In this document: in pieces, positions 53,649-64,000 of the stretch
Position numbering within the stretch: position 1 is the stretch's first letter
How the letters are laid out: each line of letters starts with the position of its first letter
DNA from: Bdellovibrionales bacterium
GTDB lineage: Bacteria; Bdellovibrionota; Bdellovibrionia; Bdellovibrionales; JAUICD01
Assembly (NCBI GenBank): GCA_965262715.1
Contig: OZ253553.1
Span: 2,875,091 to 2,939,090, forward strand
Reading direction: 5' to 3'
DNA: 64,000 nucleotides
Translations under genes and position numbers: made by a program
The notes under the pieces: model-generated
The model's database searches: none
Told to the model about the DNA's origin: nothing
What the model saw: only the letters and a program-made list of their open reading frames with translations

Positions 53649-54359
53649 ATGGTAAAACTTGAGATAAAAGCATTAAAAACTTTAAATAAACTGTTTGTGC
53701 GAGAGGGTTTGGTAATGACAAGGCAATCTACAATAGGTCAAATTATTATAGATCAGAGGGAGCAACTTATTTTATATAAAAAGGAGTTAATGATAGCCAA
53801 GTGGACACGGGCAGAGTTGAGTTGGAGAAAGATGATGGACCGATGGCAGCAAAATATGAGTCAATTGAATCTCTTACACGATAAATGGGACACTATTGTA
53901 GATTATTTGGAGGGAGTAGAAAAATCTCTACAAAAAAAACAATTAGAAAGAGAAAATAACAATGAATTATGGCAAGCAGAGATGAAGTTAAAAAATATGG
54001 TTGCTAGTTGGAAATATGCTAATTGTAAATGGAAACAAACAGCACGCAAAAGAAGACTTGCTCTTAAACAGTGGAATCAAGTCATAGATGAATATGGGAT
54101 GGTTATATATAAGAAGAATCAAACGGTAAGTGACTTAGACCAAATAATAAATTGCTTGGACAAAGTAACAAATAATTGGGAAATATCCAAAGATGAAGAA
54201 TTATCTGCTTTAAAAAAGTTAGAACAAGCGATAGACAGTTGGCAACAGACAATTAAAAAGCTAGAGTTAGTGATCAATATTAATAAGAAGGTAAAAAAGC
54301 TAAAAAAAGAGCCCAAGATAAAGCCAATAAAACCAATAAAATCAATAAAAAGAAGATAG
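53649..54359 (+). CDS. Trp-heptad coiled-coil hypothetical protein
   Basis: W recurring at about 7-residue spacing; starts 3 bp after the nuoG stop. Confidence 0.6.
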   Translation: MVKLEIKALKTLNKLFVREGLVMTRQSTIGQIIIDQREQLILYKKELMIAKWTRAELSWRKMMDRWQQNMSQLNLLHDKWDTIVDYLEGVEKSLQKKQLERENNNELWQAEMKLKNMVASWKYANCKWKQTARKRRLALKQWNQVIDEYGMVIYKKNQTVSDLDQIINCLDKVTNNWEISKDEELSALKKLEQAIDSWQQTIKKLELVININKKVKKLKKEPKIKPIKPIKSIKRR

Positions 54360-54368
54360 ATAACTTTT

Positions 54369-54947
54369 ATGGAATTTAAAGAAAAAGCAACAAATACAAA
54401 TCAGAGCAAGTCCAAAGGTGATACTTCTATTTTAAAAGGGCCTGATCTTCGAAAAACATGGTATCTGCCTGGTATTTTAAAGGGTTTATCTTTAACTCTT
54501 TCAAAGATGATTCAAAATATTTTTAATGGCGGTGAAATGCTGACATTAAATTACCCTGAAGAAAAGTACACTTATGGACCTCGTTTTAAGGGTAATCATG
54601 TTTTAACAGTCAAAAAAGATGGTTCTTTACGTTGTACAGCCTGTATGCTTTGCGCAACAAATTGTCCAGCAGATTGTATTACAATTGTAGCCTCACAGCA
54701 TGATGATCCTTCGGTAGAAAAATACCCTATTAATTATGAGATAGATATGTTAAGGTGTGTTTTTTGTGGCTTTTGTGAAGAGGCTTGTCCTGTTGACGCT
54801 GTAAGGATGGGGCCAGAATGGCAAAGTCCAGGGGTTAATGGCTCAAGCTTTATCAATAATATCGAAGAGTTAGCTTATCGGCCTGCATTAAAAGGCGGGG
54901 TACAAAGTGTTTTGGATGATAAAGATCGCATAAAAGATGGGCTTTAA
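54369..54947 (+). CDS. nuoI: NADH-quinone oxidoreductase subunit I
   Basis: CTACMLCATNCP and CVFCGFCEEACP. Confidence 0.95.
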   Translation: MEFKEKATNTNQSKSKGDTSILKGPDLRKTWYLPGILKGLSLTLSKMIQNIFNGGEMLTLNYPEEKYTYGPRFKGNHVLTVKKDGSLRCTACMLCATNCPADCITIVASQHDDPSVEKYPINYEIDMLRCVFCGFCEEACPVDAVRMGPEWQSPGVNGSSFINNIEELAYRPALKGGVQSVLDDKDRIKDGL

Positions 54948-55142
54948 AATTATTTCTTATAAGTTTAATTAGTGAAATACCGCTATAAACTCTATATGCA
55001 ATGTGTCTTTTGACTTTTATTTTGCTTTTTTTTCAAAGTTAGTTTAAGCCATTGTATAAGTGATGCCATCTAGGAAGTTGGTTTGACTTAGAGTATTTAG
55101 TTGTTTGGAGTAAAATCAAAACCAAAATTGTAGGAGCAAGCT

Positions 55143-55850
55143 ATGTTGAATGTAAATCAATTAAAAAATTCTCTTTATATTGGAATTTTATTAGGTGTAA
55201 TGAGTCTTTCCAATTTTGTTTATGCAAGTATGGAAGTAACAGCTTATGGTGGTGGAAATTTTAATAATGAAATGAAATTAAGTAATGTTATAAATGGACA
55301 GCTTGACCAAGAATATAAAGCATGGATTGTTGGTTTTGATTTAGTTTATAGATCGATACTCTCTGATTCTAGTTGCGGTATAGGTCTTAGGTATCAGCAT
55401 AACTTAAAGAGTATGCCATATAAGGCTGGTGGCGGCGATACAGGGCAAAATTTGATGTTTAATTCTAACCGTATAGCTATTTTAGGAAATTATAGATTTA
55501 TTAATGTAGATGAAGATACAGATGCAGGGTTATTTGTAGGAGTTTTAGCTGCATGGGATGTTTTCCGTTCTATGTCAGTACAAGTAGATGCAGGTACAGG
55601 TGGAGGAATTAGTGATACCCTTGATATAACTAGCAACAAATGGTTAGGTCTAACTGGTCAAGTTGGTCTAGAAACTGGCTTTAGATGGACCAATTTCTTT
55701 GTAAGAGGAGAGGTTGGCTATAGCTATTATGGATTTAATGACTTTAAATGCACTGGTCAGGCTTGTGCTTCTTCTGAGGAGATAAATGATAGGGATTTCG
55801 GTTTATCAGGTGTCTATGGAACAGTTGGGATAGGTTGGTTTTTCATCTAA
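55143..55850 (+). CDS. Outer-membrane beta-barrel protein
   Basis: Signal peptide, Gly/aromatic alternating strands, terminal GIGWFFI. Confidence 0.7.
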   Translation: MLNVNQLKNSLYIGILLGVMSLSNFVYASMEVTAYGGGNFNNEMKLSNVINGQLDQEYKAWIVGFDLVYRSILSDSSCGIGLRYQHNLKSMPYKAGGGDTGQNLMFNSNRIAILGNYRFINVDEDTDAGLFVGVLAAWDVFRSMSVQVDAGTGGGISDTLDITSNKWLGLTGQVGLETGFRWTNFFVRGEVGYSYYGFNDFKCTGQACASSEEINDRDFGLSGVYGTVGIGWFFI

Positions 55851-55884
55851 ATGACTTAAATTATATAACCCAGCGAAAAGTTTT

Positions 55885-55916
55885 TTATGGCTCTTTAGAA
55901 AGAAGAAGAGCCATAA
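55885..55916. terminator. Possible terminator between convergent genes
   Basis: TTATGGCTCTT/AAGAGCCATAA stem. Confidence 0.45.
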
Positions 55917-55994
55917 CACTATAGGTATTAATGTTGCTTTGAAGAAAACAGATCACAATACTTCAACTTTATTTTTTAGCTTTTGAAGGTCTTA

Positions 55995-56606
55995 TTAGGT
56001 GATATGACGAGATTCACGATAGAATATGATATCTGTGATACAACCTATCTTTAAATTGTGAGTCATTGCAAAATCTTTTAAGTCTGATGGGCGGGCCATT
56101 TCCCCATTTTTCTTTAATATTTCACAGATCACAGCAGTTGGAGGAAGGCCTGCTAGTTTAACAAGATCCATACTACCTTCTGTATGACCAGGGCGTTCTA
56201 AAACTCCATCATCTTTTGCTATAATAGGAAAGACATGGCCTGGCATGACTATATCATTTGAGGTTGATTGTGGATTTGCAAGCACTTTTATTGTATGCGT
56301 TCTATCAAAAACAGATGAGCCTGATCCAATACCTTTCGCTGCGTCTACAGTTATGGTAAAAGCTGTTTGTTGGTTATTTTGATTTTTAGATATCATAAGT
56401 GGTAACTTTAATTGATCAGCTTGTTTTTGGGTAATTGACAAACAAACTAGTCCTCTAGCCTCATGTAGCATAAAATTGATAGTTTCTGGTGTGACCAGAC
56501 TAGCAGCCGCAACGAGGTCTCCTTCATTTTCTCTTTTTTCATCATCTACCAGGATGACTATATGACCGTTTTGAATATCTTCAATCAATTCTCTTGGGTG
56601 ATTCAT
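55995..56606 (-). CDS. ribB: 3,4-dihydroxy-2-butanone-4-phosphate synthase
   Basis: DDEKRENEGD, TAFT.TVD, PGHVFP, R.GHTE, ICEI. Confidence 0.95.
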   Translation of the reverse strand: MNHPRELIEDIQNGHIVILVDDEKRENEGDLVAAASLVTPETINFMLHEARGLVCLSITQKQADQLKLPLMISKNQNNQQTAFTITVDAAKGIGSGSSVFDRTHTIKVLANPQSTSNDIVMPGHVFPIIAKDDGVLERPGHTEGSMDLVKLAGLPPTAVICEILKKNGEMARPSDLKDFAMTHNLKIGCITDIIFYRESRHIT

Positions 56607-57065
56607 TTGCCTTCTTTATATGGTTTTTAGTTTAAATAAAAAGCTTCAGGTTAGAAAAAATAAGGAAAGAGAAGCTTTCTTACTTTAAATAAACCTTTTA
56701 ATAGGTATTTCAAAAATAAGCTATTATGTTTTATATCCAATAAGTATTTTAAACAACAAGAAACTTGCAATCTTTCTAGCACTACATTTACCTTGAGCCA
56801 TAAGGCAATGGAAGAAAACTTTAGGTGAAAATTCAAAACAAATGGATGAGTACCAGTCTACCAGAATACCGGATGGACAGCTTTCTGGGATATAATGAAG
56901 AGTTGTTTTTCAGGATAGGTATGAAAGTGAAAATCAGTTTATGTTTGTGCAGCAAAATCGATACTATTTATGATATTTTAACACCCTGTAAATTTTAACT
57001 GGCATCTTTCATGTTGTTCTGGTAGGTTAGCAAGTTAGGTTGTTTTCGATAAAAAAAGGGAAAGT

Positions 57066-58157
57066 ATGAATATAATAGAAGTTAAAACAAGATCACAGTT
57101 AAAAAGATTTCTCAAACTGCCTCATAGTATTTATAACAACAATGATTATTATGTTACGCCTCTTAATGTGCTGATGAAGTCATTAATTGGTCGTCTCAAT
57201 AGTCCTAAAAAACATCTACTTATAGCTTCTGAAAATAATAATGATGTGGCTCGTATAGCTTTTAAGGTGCATAAGCACAAATCAGAAACTTTTCTTCACT
57301 TCGGTTTTTTTGAGTGTAAAGAAGGCTATGGTGAGGCAGTGAAAAAACTGATTGCATGGGGGCAGAATAAATACCCCCATCTTTCTTTGAAGGGGCCTTA
57401 TCATTTCACTATAGAAGACCCTTATATAGGAGTTTTAGTTGAGGGCTTTGATGAAGTGCCTTATTTTTTAATGCCTTATAACTTGCCATATTATGATAAC
57501 TACTTACAAAGTGCTGGACTTAAAAAAGCTATGGACCTTTTAACTTATCCTTTTAAACAAGACAGACAGCTTGACTCTCTTAAAGGACAAGTACAAAAAG
57601 CAAAGGATCATGGCATCACTATCCGTTTTATGAATGCGAGAGAATTTGACAAAGAGGCTCGGATTGTAGCTGGTATTTTTAATCAGGCTCTTTCTAACAA
57701 CTGGGGATTTGAAGAGTTTCAAGAAAGTCAAATTCGTGAGATGACTTCCATTTTCAGGTTTGCACTTGATCCTCGCATGGTTGCTTTGGCTGTAAAAGAT
57801 GGCAAAGATGTCGGATGTCTGATTATGCTCCCTAACTATAACCCTATTATTAAACCTCATAAAGGTAGAATCACTCCTCTTTTGATCTATAAGTATTTTA
57901 GAAGATATAAACTTTTTGACAGTATTAGAGGTTATGCTCTTGGAGTTTTAAAAGAGTACCACCATATAGGTATAGCCAGCTTACTGATAACAACAATGTT
58001 TGAACAAGGTGGAAAATATGGATATCCAAACTGTGAAGTTTCATGGGTCTTATCTAACAATGAATCTATGAACAGCTTTGGCCAAAGCCTATCTAAGACA
58101 GGAAAGTATAACAAAAAGTACCATAGTTATGAGGCTCCAGCTCTGCAAGCTCAATAA
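57066..58157 (+). CDS. YghO-like GNAT protein, probable bacterial ceramide synthase
   Basis: FGFFEC, GP, G.LVEGF, MPYN.PYY, NWGF, LP.YN, LGV..EY, E.SW.L..N..M; directly upstream of spt. Confidence 0.7.
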   Translation: MNIIEVKTRSQLKRFLKLPHSIYNNNDYYVTPLNVLMKSLIGRLNSPKKHLLIASENNNDVARIAFKVHKHKSETFLHFGFFECKEGYGEAVKKLIAWGQNKYPHLSLKGPYHFTIEDPYIGVLVEGFDEVPYFLMPYNLPYYDNYLQSAGLKKAMDLLTYPFKQDRQLDSLKGQVQKAKDHGITIRFMNAREFDKEARIVAGIFNQALSNNWGFEEFQESQIREMTSIFRFALDPRMVALAVKDGKDVGCLIMLPNYNPIIKPHKGRITPLLIYKYFRRYKLFDSIRGYALGVLKEYHHIGIASLLITTMFEQGGKYGYPNCEVSWVLSNNESMNSFGQSLSKTGKYNKKYHSYEAPALQAQ

Positions 58158-58245
58158 CGCTATAAGTCTTGCGCTTTGAGAAATTATATACTCTAAGTAA
58201 TGCTTTGAGTAGATCCAAGCTCTTAAAAAACTAGGGAGATATTTT

Positions 58246-59511
58246 ATGTTTAATTCTAAAAAGCATATTTTAGAATTTATAAGATTTATGAAACAAAAGA
58301 AGCTTTATCCTTACTTTAGAGTTCTAGAGGGATATCGTGGTAATAATGTCATTTATAACAATAAAGAGCTTGTCATGATGGGGTCCAATAATTATCTAGG
58401 GTTAACTCATGATCCAAGAGTTATGCAAGCGGCTATTGAAGCTATTAAGACGTGGGGGACAAGCTGTACAGGGTCTCGATTTCTAAATGGTAACTTATCA
58501 ATTCATGAGGAGTTAGAAGAAAATATAGCTGATTTTCTAAAATATGAGTCTTGTTTAGTTTATGCCTCGGGTTTTATGGCGAATCAAGGGAGTATTACTA
58601 CTCTGGTAGAGAAAGATACTGAAATTTTTAGTGATCAAGAAAACCATGCTTGTATTATTGAAGGTTGTAAATCTGCACAAGCTAAAGTTCATGTTTATAA
58701 GCATTCTGATATGGATGACCTTGAATCTAAATTAAAAAAATCTTCTTCTCGTGTGGATAAATTAATTATTACAGATGGTGTATTTTCCATGAAGGGGGAG
58801 ATTGCTCACTTAGATAAAATCACCAACTTGGCAAGGCAATACAATGCAAAAATTTACTTAGATGATGCACATGGACTTGGTGTTATTGGAGAAGGTGGTC
58901 GAGGAACTGGTAGTTACTACAATGTATGTCCTGATGTTATGATGGGAACTTTCTCTAAGTCACTGGCAAGTCAAGGCGGTTTTATTTGCGCTAGTCATGA
59001 GGTTATTGAGTGGATTAAACACCAGTCTCGTACTTTTATATTTTCTGCTGGACTGTCTCCTGCGAATGTAGCTGCTGCCAATATGACACTTAACATTTTA
59101 AGAAAAGAGCCAGAGAGAATAGACCAGCAAAGGGCCAATGCTAAATATTTGGGGGATGGATTAAAATCAGCAGGATTGACTGTTGTAGACTCTGAAACGA
59201 GTATCATTCCTATTTTAATTGGAGATGATCAAGCTACTCTTATGATTTGTAAACAGCTTTTAGATATGAATATTTTTACGACACCTGTGATTTTCCCTGC
59301 AGTTGCAAAGAGCCAAACATTGATCCGCTGTTCTGTCATGGCAACACATACGAAGGAAGAACTGAATAAAGCTATTGAAGCCTTTACGGGGCTTTCTGAC
59401 CAGATTATTAAAGCAAATAAGTCTGCCAACAATGATAAGTCTTATTTTGATATATTAAGTATGTCTCCTAACCGTGTATTTCAAGAAATACAAAAAATAG
59501 CACGTCATTAA
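58246..59511 (+). CDS. spt: Serine palmitoyltransferase (alpha-oxoamine synthase family)
   Basis: YPYFR, GSNNYLGL, GSRFLNG, DDAH, GTFSKSLAS (PLP Lys), RTFIFSA. Confidence 0.8.
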   Translation: MFNSKKHILEFIRFMKQKKLYPYFRVLEGYRGNNVIYNNKELVMMGSNNYLGLTHDPRVMQAAIEAIKTWGTSCTGSRFLNGNLSIHEELEENIADFLKYESCLVYASGFMANQGSITTLVEKDTEIFSDQENHACIIEGCKSAQAKVHVYKHSDMDDLESKLKKSSSRVDKLIITDGVFSMKGEIAHLDKITNLARQYNAKIYLDDAHGLGVIGEGGRGTGSYYNVCPDVMMGTFSKSLASQGGFICASHEVIEWIKHQSRTFIFSAGLSPANVAAANMTLNILRKEPERIDQQRANAKYLGDGLKSAGLTVVDSETSIIPILIGDDQATLMICKQLLDMNIFTTPVIFPAVAKSQTLIRCSVMATHTKEELNKAIEAFTGLSDQIIKANKSANNDKSYFDILSMSPNRVFQEIQKIARH

Positions 59512-59523
59512 GAGTTTTATAAA

Positions 59524-60276
59524 ATGATAAAGAATATAATCCTAATACTTCTATTGTTAGCTCCTTTAATCTCAAGTGCAAGTATTCAACAAGATAAAGT
59601 GTTAAAAGCAATGGCTGTTGAGTTAGATAGGTGGACCTCTGAGAGTCAAATGCGAGTTTTGATGGAAGATGCATTTACAATCACTAGAGACAAGCCTTTG
59701 GATGTGACTGTCACAAAACAAAATATGAAGATTGATGGAAAAAGATGGACTTTAGGTAGAGGTTCTATAAGGGTTTTGATCAAAGCACCCATAGATAAAG
59801 TCAAAAAATTATTAACATCTCCATCGTATTTTCAATCTATCTACAACTTAGATGCTCCCTGTGTTATAAATGAAGATATTCGTAAGAAAGCTGATTTAAC
59901 ATCTTCTTATTCAGGGGATTTTTTAGCACGCATTTACAAAAGAGTTCCTGTTTTTGAGGATCAAGATTACATTCTAAGTTATAAATCTTTCCAGAAAGAT
60001 TCTTTTTGGTTCCAGCGTGCCTCATTAGTCAAAGATTTAAAGAATTTTGCATTAAGAGATTCTATCCAAATTTTACAGTCTGTCGATAAGGATACAACCA
60101 TATTTAGAGAGATCTCACTTTTATATTTACGAAGATGGTATTTAAGATTACTTGGGCCGCAGGTAAGGGGAGTTGTAAGAAAGGAGCTACGAAAAGTAGC
60201 AAAAAATTTTAAATGCATTGCTGAATCTTCTAATGAAAATTTGCAAGCTATTTCTAAAGAGTGTTGGTCTTCCTAG
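59524..60276 (+). CDS. Secreted hypothetical protein, possibly START/SRPBCC-like
   Basis: Signal peptide; I.API..V..LL and P.F..QDYIL patterns; C-terminal amphipathic helix. Confidence 0.45.
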   Translation: MIKNIILILLLLAPLISSASIQQDKVLKAMAVELDRWTSESQMRVLMEDAFTITRDKPLDVTVTKQNMKIDGKRWTLGRGSIRVLIKAPIDKVKKLLTSPSYFQSIYNLDAPCVINEDIRKKADLTSSYSGDFLARIYKRVPVFEDQDYILSYKSFQKDSFWFQRASLVKDLKNFALRDSIQILQSVDKDTTIFREISLLYLRRWYLRLLGPQVRGVVRKELRKVAKNFKCIAESSNENLQAISKECWSS

Positions 60277-60310
60277 TCTTGTGTTTCCAAGACAGATTTT
60301 AAAAGTCATC

Positions 60311-60539
60311 GGCTTTATTGCGCTAATATCAACTTTAGTTTATGCGCTAGAGAGTTATGGCAAGCTTCTTCTATAGATAGCAGGCACCCCTGTGCTTTGC
60401 ATTGCTGTTATTTTAATATTTTTTATATAGAATAAAATATTTTAAAGACTTTTTTCTCTCAAGCACTGTCCTGAGCCTATTTCAGAAGATTGCCATAATC
60501 TCTCCAATCTTTATATACCTACATTTATGCAATAGACTC
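60311..60539 (-). mobile_element. IS903-type MITE, structured family copy (reverse orientation, diverged)
   Basis: GGCTTTATTGCGC / TTTATGCAATAGAC ends; stem GAGAGTTATGGCAAGCTTCT/AGAAGATTGCCATAATCTCTC; CAGGCACCCC and TAGAATAAAA core. Confidence 0.75.
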
Positions 60540-60541
60540 GG

Positions 60542-60730
60542 TTATTTCTAAAAAGTATCTGGAACTGCTATAATTTTATTTTTGAGACCAGCTTTAAATA
60601 AATTTGATTTTTTAATAACATATAGCAAATCTTTATCAGCAGTTAATAGTAAGGGTGTTTTTGAACAGAGAAAGAAATTTAAAATCATCGCATCAGATGA
60701 ACCAATACCAAGCTTTCAATAAATAAAATT
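60542..60730 (-). pseudogene. Diverged copy of the PIN gene 3' end
   Basis: GCATCAGATGAACCAATACCAA and flanks match 63185-63365 with indels. Confidence 0.8.
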
Positions 60731-60878
60731 ATAAATTTAGAGTTTATAAACTTTTACAATCATTTGTGTAAAACTTACATGGTTTCATCTCTATAAGCTC
60801 TTCCCTTGAGTTGTATTAAAAACTTTAGTATAATGTTCTTTATAAGCTTATTGATTCTATACCATAAAGAGATATCTG

Positions 60879-63044
60879 ATGCGTGTGTTATTGAGCTTAA
60901 TTTGTTTATTGATGTTTTGGAGTTCAACTCTAAAAGCTGCTGAGGAGGGCATACCTTCTTCTAGTGGGGATGGTATAGAATCAATAGCTTGTATCATTGC
61001 TCTTCAAGTAAAGAAAGTAGAGATGAAGAATGAAGCTCGTAGACAAAGTCTTAGGCTTGGATATGAAGAAGGGTTTTTAGAATTAGAACCACTAGATGAG
61101 CGCATTGAGATATGGGCAATCAAAGTTCTTTGGAAAGAAGTGCCTGCCGTAAGACAAGTTTTACAAAACTTTGCACAAAAAATAACACATAATTATACAC
61201 GCATACAAGGTCGCAGTTTTGGTGAAGATTATAATTATAAAGAGGAGCTAATAAATTCTATTTTGAGCTTTATGCAAATTCTATCAAAAAGAATAATAGG
61301 AGAAGAAACACTAAGAGGTATAATGGCTGATAGCCTTAATTATGGAATTTCAGAAGATAAAGCCGTTAGATTAACCAACCAAATAAAACAACTTGAAAAA
61401 TTGATTGATCGACTTGATATAATTTCTCCTATTGAGAGTTTTATATATACTAATATTATAAATAGAGTCACTGGATATTTAAATAATATTAAGGATATTA
61501 GTGAGTTTGATCTTGGACAATATACTGCTAAACATAGTAAATATATTTTTGAAAGTTTAAACTTATCTCGTATTGTAGATAGCCCAGAACAAAGAAGCCA
61601 CTTCCTTGAACAGTATCAATTATTACAAAGGGATACGCATCAGTTTACAGGAACAACACAGGTGAGAGAGCAAGGAGATGAATATTTTATTGAAGAAACT
61701 GATCATGTAAGTGCCAATCTTAGACTGGCACAATCTCTGCATGCAAGATCTGTTAATCCTATTGAAACACATATACCAGAGTTTGCTGATTTGATGGATG
61801 AACATATTGCTTATATTAGAAAAGGTGTTAGTGACTCTCAAGCGCTCTCAGATTCTGAAAAAACTGACAGATTAGAGTTATTAGATGCAATGCAATCTAA
61901 GGCAGAATCTTATAAAAGTTCTGAGGAGGTAACATATTTACGGTGGGTGATTTTTAATTTACATCTTTCAATAATTGCGACCTCTAATTCTGATTTACTA
62001 AATGATAAGTATAAAGATCTCTATTTATTTATATTAAAGAAGTATGAGGGTAATATAGATTTTGAATTTATTAAAGAATGGATGATGAATGATGATGGAT
62101 CAGATATTTTTAAAATTGCAGGCCTTTTTAAGCTTATCGATCACTTTCAGATGTATAAGCCTGTTGACTATAAAGACAATAACGATGTCATAATCATAAA
62201 TCGTATAGCAGCTGATATAGGATTGGATTTAAGTTTTGATGATATTAGAGACCTAGATTTAGGTCTTAAAAAAAATGGTGCTTTCTTATTGGAAGCATTA
62301 GCTCGTCGACTTAACCTAGAATTGGAACCAAGTGTCTATAGTAACTTTAGCCATTGCGACGGTTCAGCTTTTAAAGCAGATATTAAAAGGTTTTATCAAT
62401 TCAATCTACTTGGCAATTTTATCTACATATTTAATCGCTTTCCAGAAAGAATGATGATTCCTACAAGACATGACTTAAACGCTGATGACTTCAATAAGAC
62501 TTATGGAACAGGGGTGCACCTTATTGGTTTGAATAATGATTCTATGCATGCTGATGATCGGCCCATGCCTCCATTTGAGTTCTTTTTACATGATATAGGC
62601 CATTCTGTTACTCATCATAATGATGACTTCTTTGCACTTAGCTTTAGTAGATATGCTAACTATGCTAGTTATACTAATTTAGACACGCAGTTAGAAAATC
62701 TTCCAGAGCTCTTAAGGCCATTTATGCAAGAATTATATTTTAAATTCACTCATGAAGCTGGAGATGTGAGAGAGTTAATAAGAAGATATCGACAGCAACA
62801 AAGACAAATTCTTTTCCCTTTGTTACAAAAATTAGGAAATCTCACAGCTTCAGAAGAGTTAGAATTTAAAAAAGCAATACTTCTTTTCATTTATTTTGAA
62901 TTGCCTAAATATCAGGAGAGAGTATTCTTAGATGAAGATATAGAATTCACAGAAGAAAGCCTAAAAGATACAGATGTTTTTGTTAAGCTTATATTAAAAT
63001 TGTATATGTTATATGAAGGACAATCTGCACTGGTTAGCAATTAA
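60879..63044 (+). CDS. Secreted hypothetical protein with HDxxH..H(E) putative metal site
   Basis: Signal peptide; AD...M.P.EFFLHDIGH and FTHE. Confidence 0.65.
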   Translation: MRVLLSLICLLMFWSSTLKAAEEGIPSSSGDGIESIACIIALQVKKVEMKNEARRQSLRLGYEEGFLELEPLDERIEIWAIKVLWKEVPAVRQVLQNFAQKITHNYTRIQGRSFGEDYNYKEELINSILSFMQILSKRIIGEETLRGIMADSLNYGISEDKAVRLTNQIKQLEKLIDRLDIISPIESFIYTNIINRVTGYLNNIKDISEFDLGQYTAKHSKYIFESLNLSRIVDSPEQRSHFLEQYQLLQRDTHQFTGTTQVREQGDEYFIEETDHVSANLRLAQSLHARSVNPIETHIPEFADLMDEHIAYIRKGVSDSQALSDSEKTDRLELLDAMQSKAESYKSSEEVTYLRWVIFNLHLSIIATSNSDLLNDKYKDLYLFILKKYEGNIDFEFIKEWMMNDDGSDIFKIAGLFKLIDHFQMYKPVDYKDNNDVIIINRIAADIGLDLSFDDIRDLDLGLKKNGAFLLEALARRLNLELEPSVYSNFSHCDGSAFKADIKRFYQFNLLGNFIYIFNRFPERMMIPTRHDLNADDFNKTYGTGVHLIGLNNDSMHADDRPMPPFEFFLHDIGHSVTHHNDDFFALSFSRYANYASYTNLDTQLENLPELLRPFMQELYFKFTHEAGDVRELIRRYRQQQRQILFPLLQKLGNLTASEELEFKKAILLFIYFELPKYQERVFLDEDIEFTEESLKDTDVFVKLILKLYMLYEGQSALVSN

Positions 63045-63184
63045 TTTTTTTTAAACAGCACTGTTAATATAAAATCTACTGAACTTATCAAGTACAAACT
63101 GCTCTCATCAACAGCATTTAAGTTATTATTTTGCAATGCTTTAGATAGGGACTATTTCATAAGCCTGTCATAATTTTACATCTC

Positions 63185-63883
63185 CTAGCTTTTAGAAAAA
63201 CTATCAGGGATTGCTATAACTTTATTTTTAAATAAATTTGATTTTTTAATAACATATCGTAAGTCTTTATCGGCAGTTAGTAGTAAAGGTATTTTTGAAG
63301 AAAGAAAGAAATTTAAGATCATTGCATCAGATGAACCAATACCAAACTTTTCAACAAATGAAATCATCTCGTTCCACTTAGGCTCTTGATCAAAATAAGC
63401 AGGATTGTCTTTAGGAGATAATAAATTCATATTCCATTGTTCCTTTGTCTCATTCCAAAGGTTAGATAAAACACCGGATAAATAATATGAACAGAATTCT
63501 TCCCATCCATTTTTCCAATTACTGTCGAAAAGTTTACGAGCACCCTTAACATCTTGATCATAAAGCCTATTTTTTTCATCCCATTCTTTTAACTTATTTA
63601 GGTTTCTTATTGGAGGTTTTGATTTTTCTAAATCATAACGAATACGAATACCTCTATGAATAAAAAATCTGCGAAAAAGATCAATAAACTCTAACTTGAT
63701 ATTTACATTAGTATAAACAGGGATAGAATTTGTGCTTAAACAATCATAAACTTTTTGAGCAAACCTATAAAAGTTATCATTACAATGATAGAAAGCAAAT
63801 AAAGTATTGGTATCAATAAGACACCCATCTTTAATCATATCTAATTGATTATCCAATTGACTAATAGGGACAATTTGAGTCAT
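63185..63883 (-). CDS. PIN domain protein
   Basis: LIDTN, E, GSSDAMI, LLTADKD acidic PIN tetrad. Confidence 0.8.
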   Translation of the reverse strand: MTQIVPISQLDNQLDMIKDGCLIDTNTLFAFYHCNDNFYRFAQKVYDCLSTNSIPVYTNVNIKLEFIDLFRRFFIHRGIRIRYDLEKSKPPIRNLNKLKEWDEKNRLYDQDVKGARKLFDSNWKNGWEEFCSYYLSGVLSNLWNETKEQWNMNLLSPKDNPAYFDQEPKWNEMISFVEKFGIGSSDAMILNFFLSSKIPLLLTADKDLRYVIKKSNLFKNKVIAIPDSFSKS

Positions 63884-64000
63884 TCAATTCCAATCATTGT
63901 TCATCACAAATGGTACTCATTGATTAACAACCTACCTAGCAGATAAGATGAGCCAGTAACAATTAAGTAATCGACAGATGTTTTAACGTGTTTTGCTTTT

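Noticed and set aside
56607..57065. FMN riboswitch upstream of ribB
   Set aside because: No RFN consensus blocks are recognisable on the minus strand.

Overview
AT-rich bacterial chromosome segment. The gene content and nuo layout suggest Bdellovibrionota, possibly host-associated (inference from many signal-peptide ankyrin and orphan proteins). The housekeeping backbone is lon, dksA, dedA, a CNNM protein, fusA, groEL/groES, grxD-bolA, nuoB-nuoCD // nuoE-F-G-(orphan)-I, ribB and a probable sphingolipid operon (GNAT ceramide-synthase-like gene plus serine palmitoyltransferase). The nuo operon is interrupted by about 21.8 kb of accessory DNA. This holds an IS1634-family element nested in a copy of itself (345-bp and 244-bp duplications), a 14 x 25-bp tandem array, secreted ankyrin genes, an IS903-group IS5 with a 9-bp TSD, and a defence-like cluster. 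That cluster has a membrane protein + IrrE/ImmA peptidase + Beta-family gene, convergent with a Sce7726-like nuclease, Shedu, an AbiJ/HEPN-like gene and a decayed type I RM with a HEPN-MNT pair. The most unusual signals are non-coding. One is a dispersed nested-hairpin element family with covarying stems and conserved bulges, whose 3' arm is tandemly amplified and also appended to copies it cannot pair with. The other is an IS903-type MITE family with covarying inner stems, one copy of which forms the end of the full IS. All family assignments come from motif recognition by eye; no searches were run.
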